The notes under the pieces are model-generated. The model saw nothing but the letters and a program-made list of their open reading frames with translations. It did not search any database and was not told the DNA's origin. From NCBI RefSeq assembly GCF_002571385.2, contig NW_019218013.1, positions 215,422 through 279,421 of the forward strand: a stretch of 64,000 nt of DNA, written 5' to 3'. Shown one piece after another: positions 63,888 to 64,000 of this stretch. Both the position numbers and the translations under genes were made by a program. The number at the start of each line of letters is the position of its first letter. Position 1 is the stretch's first letter. Source of the DNA: Stylophora pistillata (lineage: Eukaryota).

Positions 63888-63962
63888 ATGGCTACCAGAA
63901 TTTCAGACGATTTTGAAAACGAGTGGACTTTTGTCGATAAAGAGGGAAAAGTTGACATCGAG
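63888..63962 (+). CDS. First coding exon of a probable CCPG1/PBXIP1-like ER-phagy receptor (gene continues beyond the window)
   Basis: Kozak GCCATGG; 25 codons MATRISDDFENEWTFVDKEGKVDIE, then a GAG|GTAAGG donor. An acidic W-x-x-V LIR followed by EG..DIE resembles the human CCPG1 N-terminus (..GWTVISHEGSDIE); PIGB lies nearby. Confidence 0.55.
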
Positions 63963-64000
63963 GTAAGGTGCATCTTCAGTTTCGAGTCGTTTTCAACAAA

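Overview
Gene-dense, AT-rich eukaryotic (metazoan) window with two assembly gaps (about 28434-29311 and 32184-32318). The repeat families suggest a cnidarian, probably a scleractinian coral (inference). I rebuilt the spliced genes by hand from GT-AG junctions, and each summed to an intact frame: RYK-like WIF-domain receptor pseudokinase (-, 13 exons), AMACR (-), chondroitin sulfate synthase (+), an intronless orphan multi-pass membrane protein (+), PTTG1IP-like (-), ARMC6 (+), PARP16 (-), two tandem CKS paralogues (+), PIGB (-), a PIGBOS1 microprotein head-to-head with PIGB (+), and the first coding exon of a probable CCPG1-like ER-phagy receptor (+, runs out of the window). Main points of interest: (1) apparently ancient PIGB-PIGBOS1-CCPG1 microsynteny next to PARP16, forming an ER-stress/ER-phagy neighbourhood; (2) a dispersed Penelope-like pLTR family carrying minimal hammerhead ribozymes, with one copy intact; (3) a RYK whose catalytic loop reads HRN, as in HER3; (4) a diverged CKS tandem pair; (5) the orphan membrane protein. 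Intergenic and intronic DNA contains many MITEs, SINE/LINE relics and microsatellites. All homology calls are from memory of family motifs; no searches were run.
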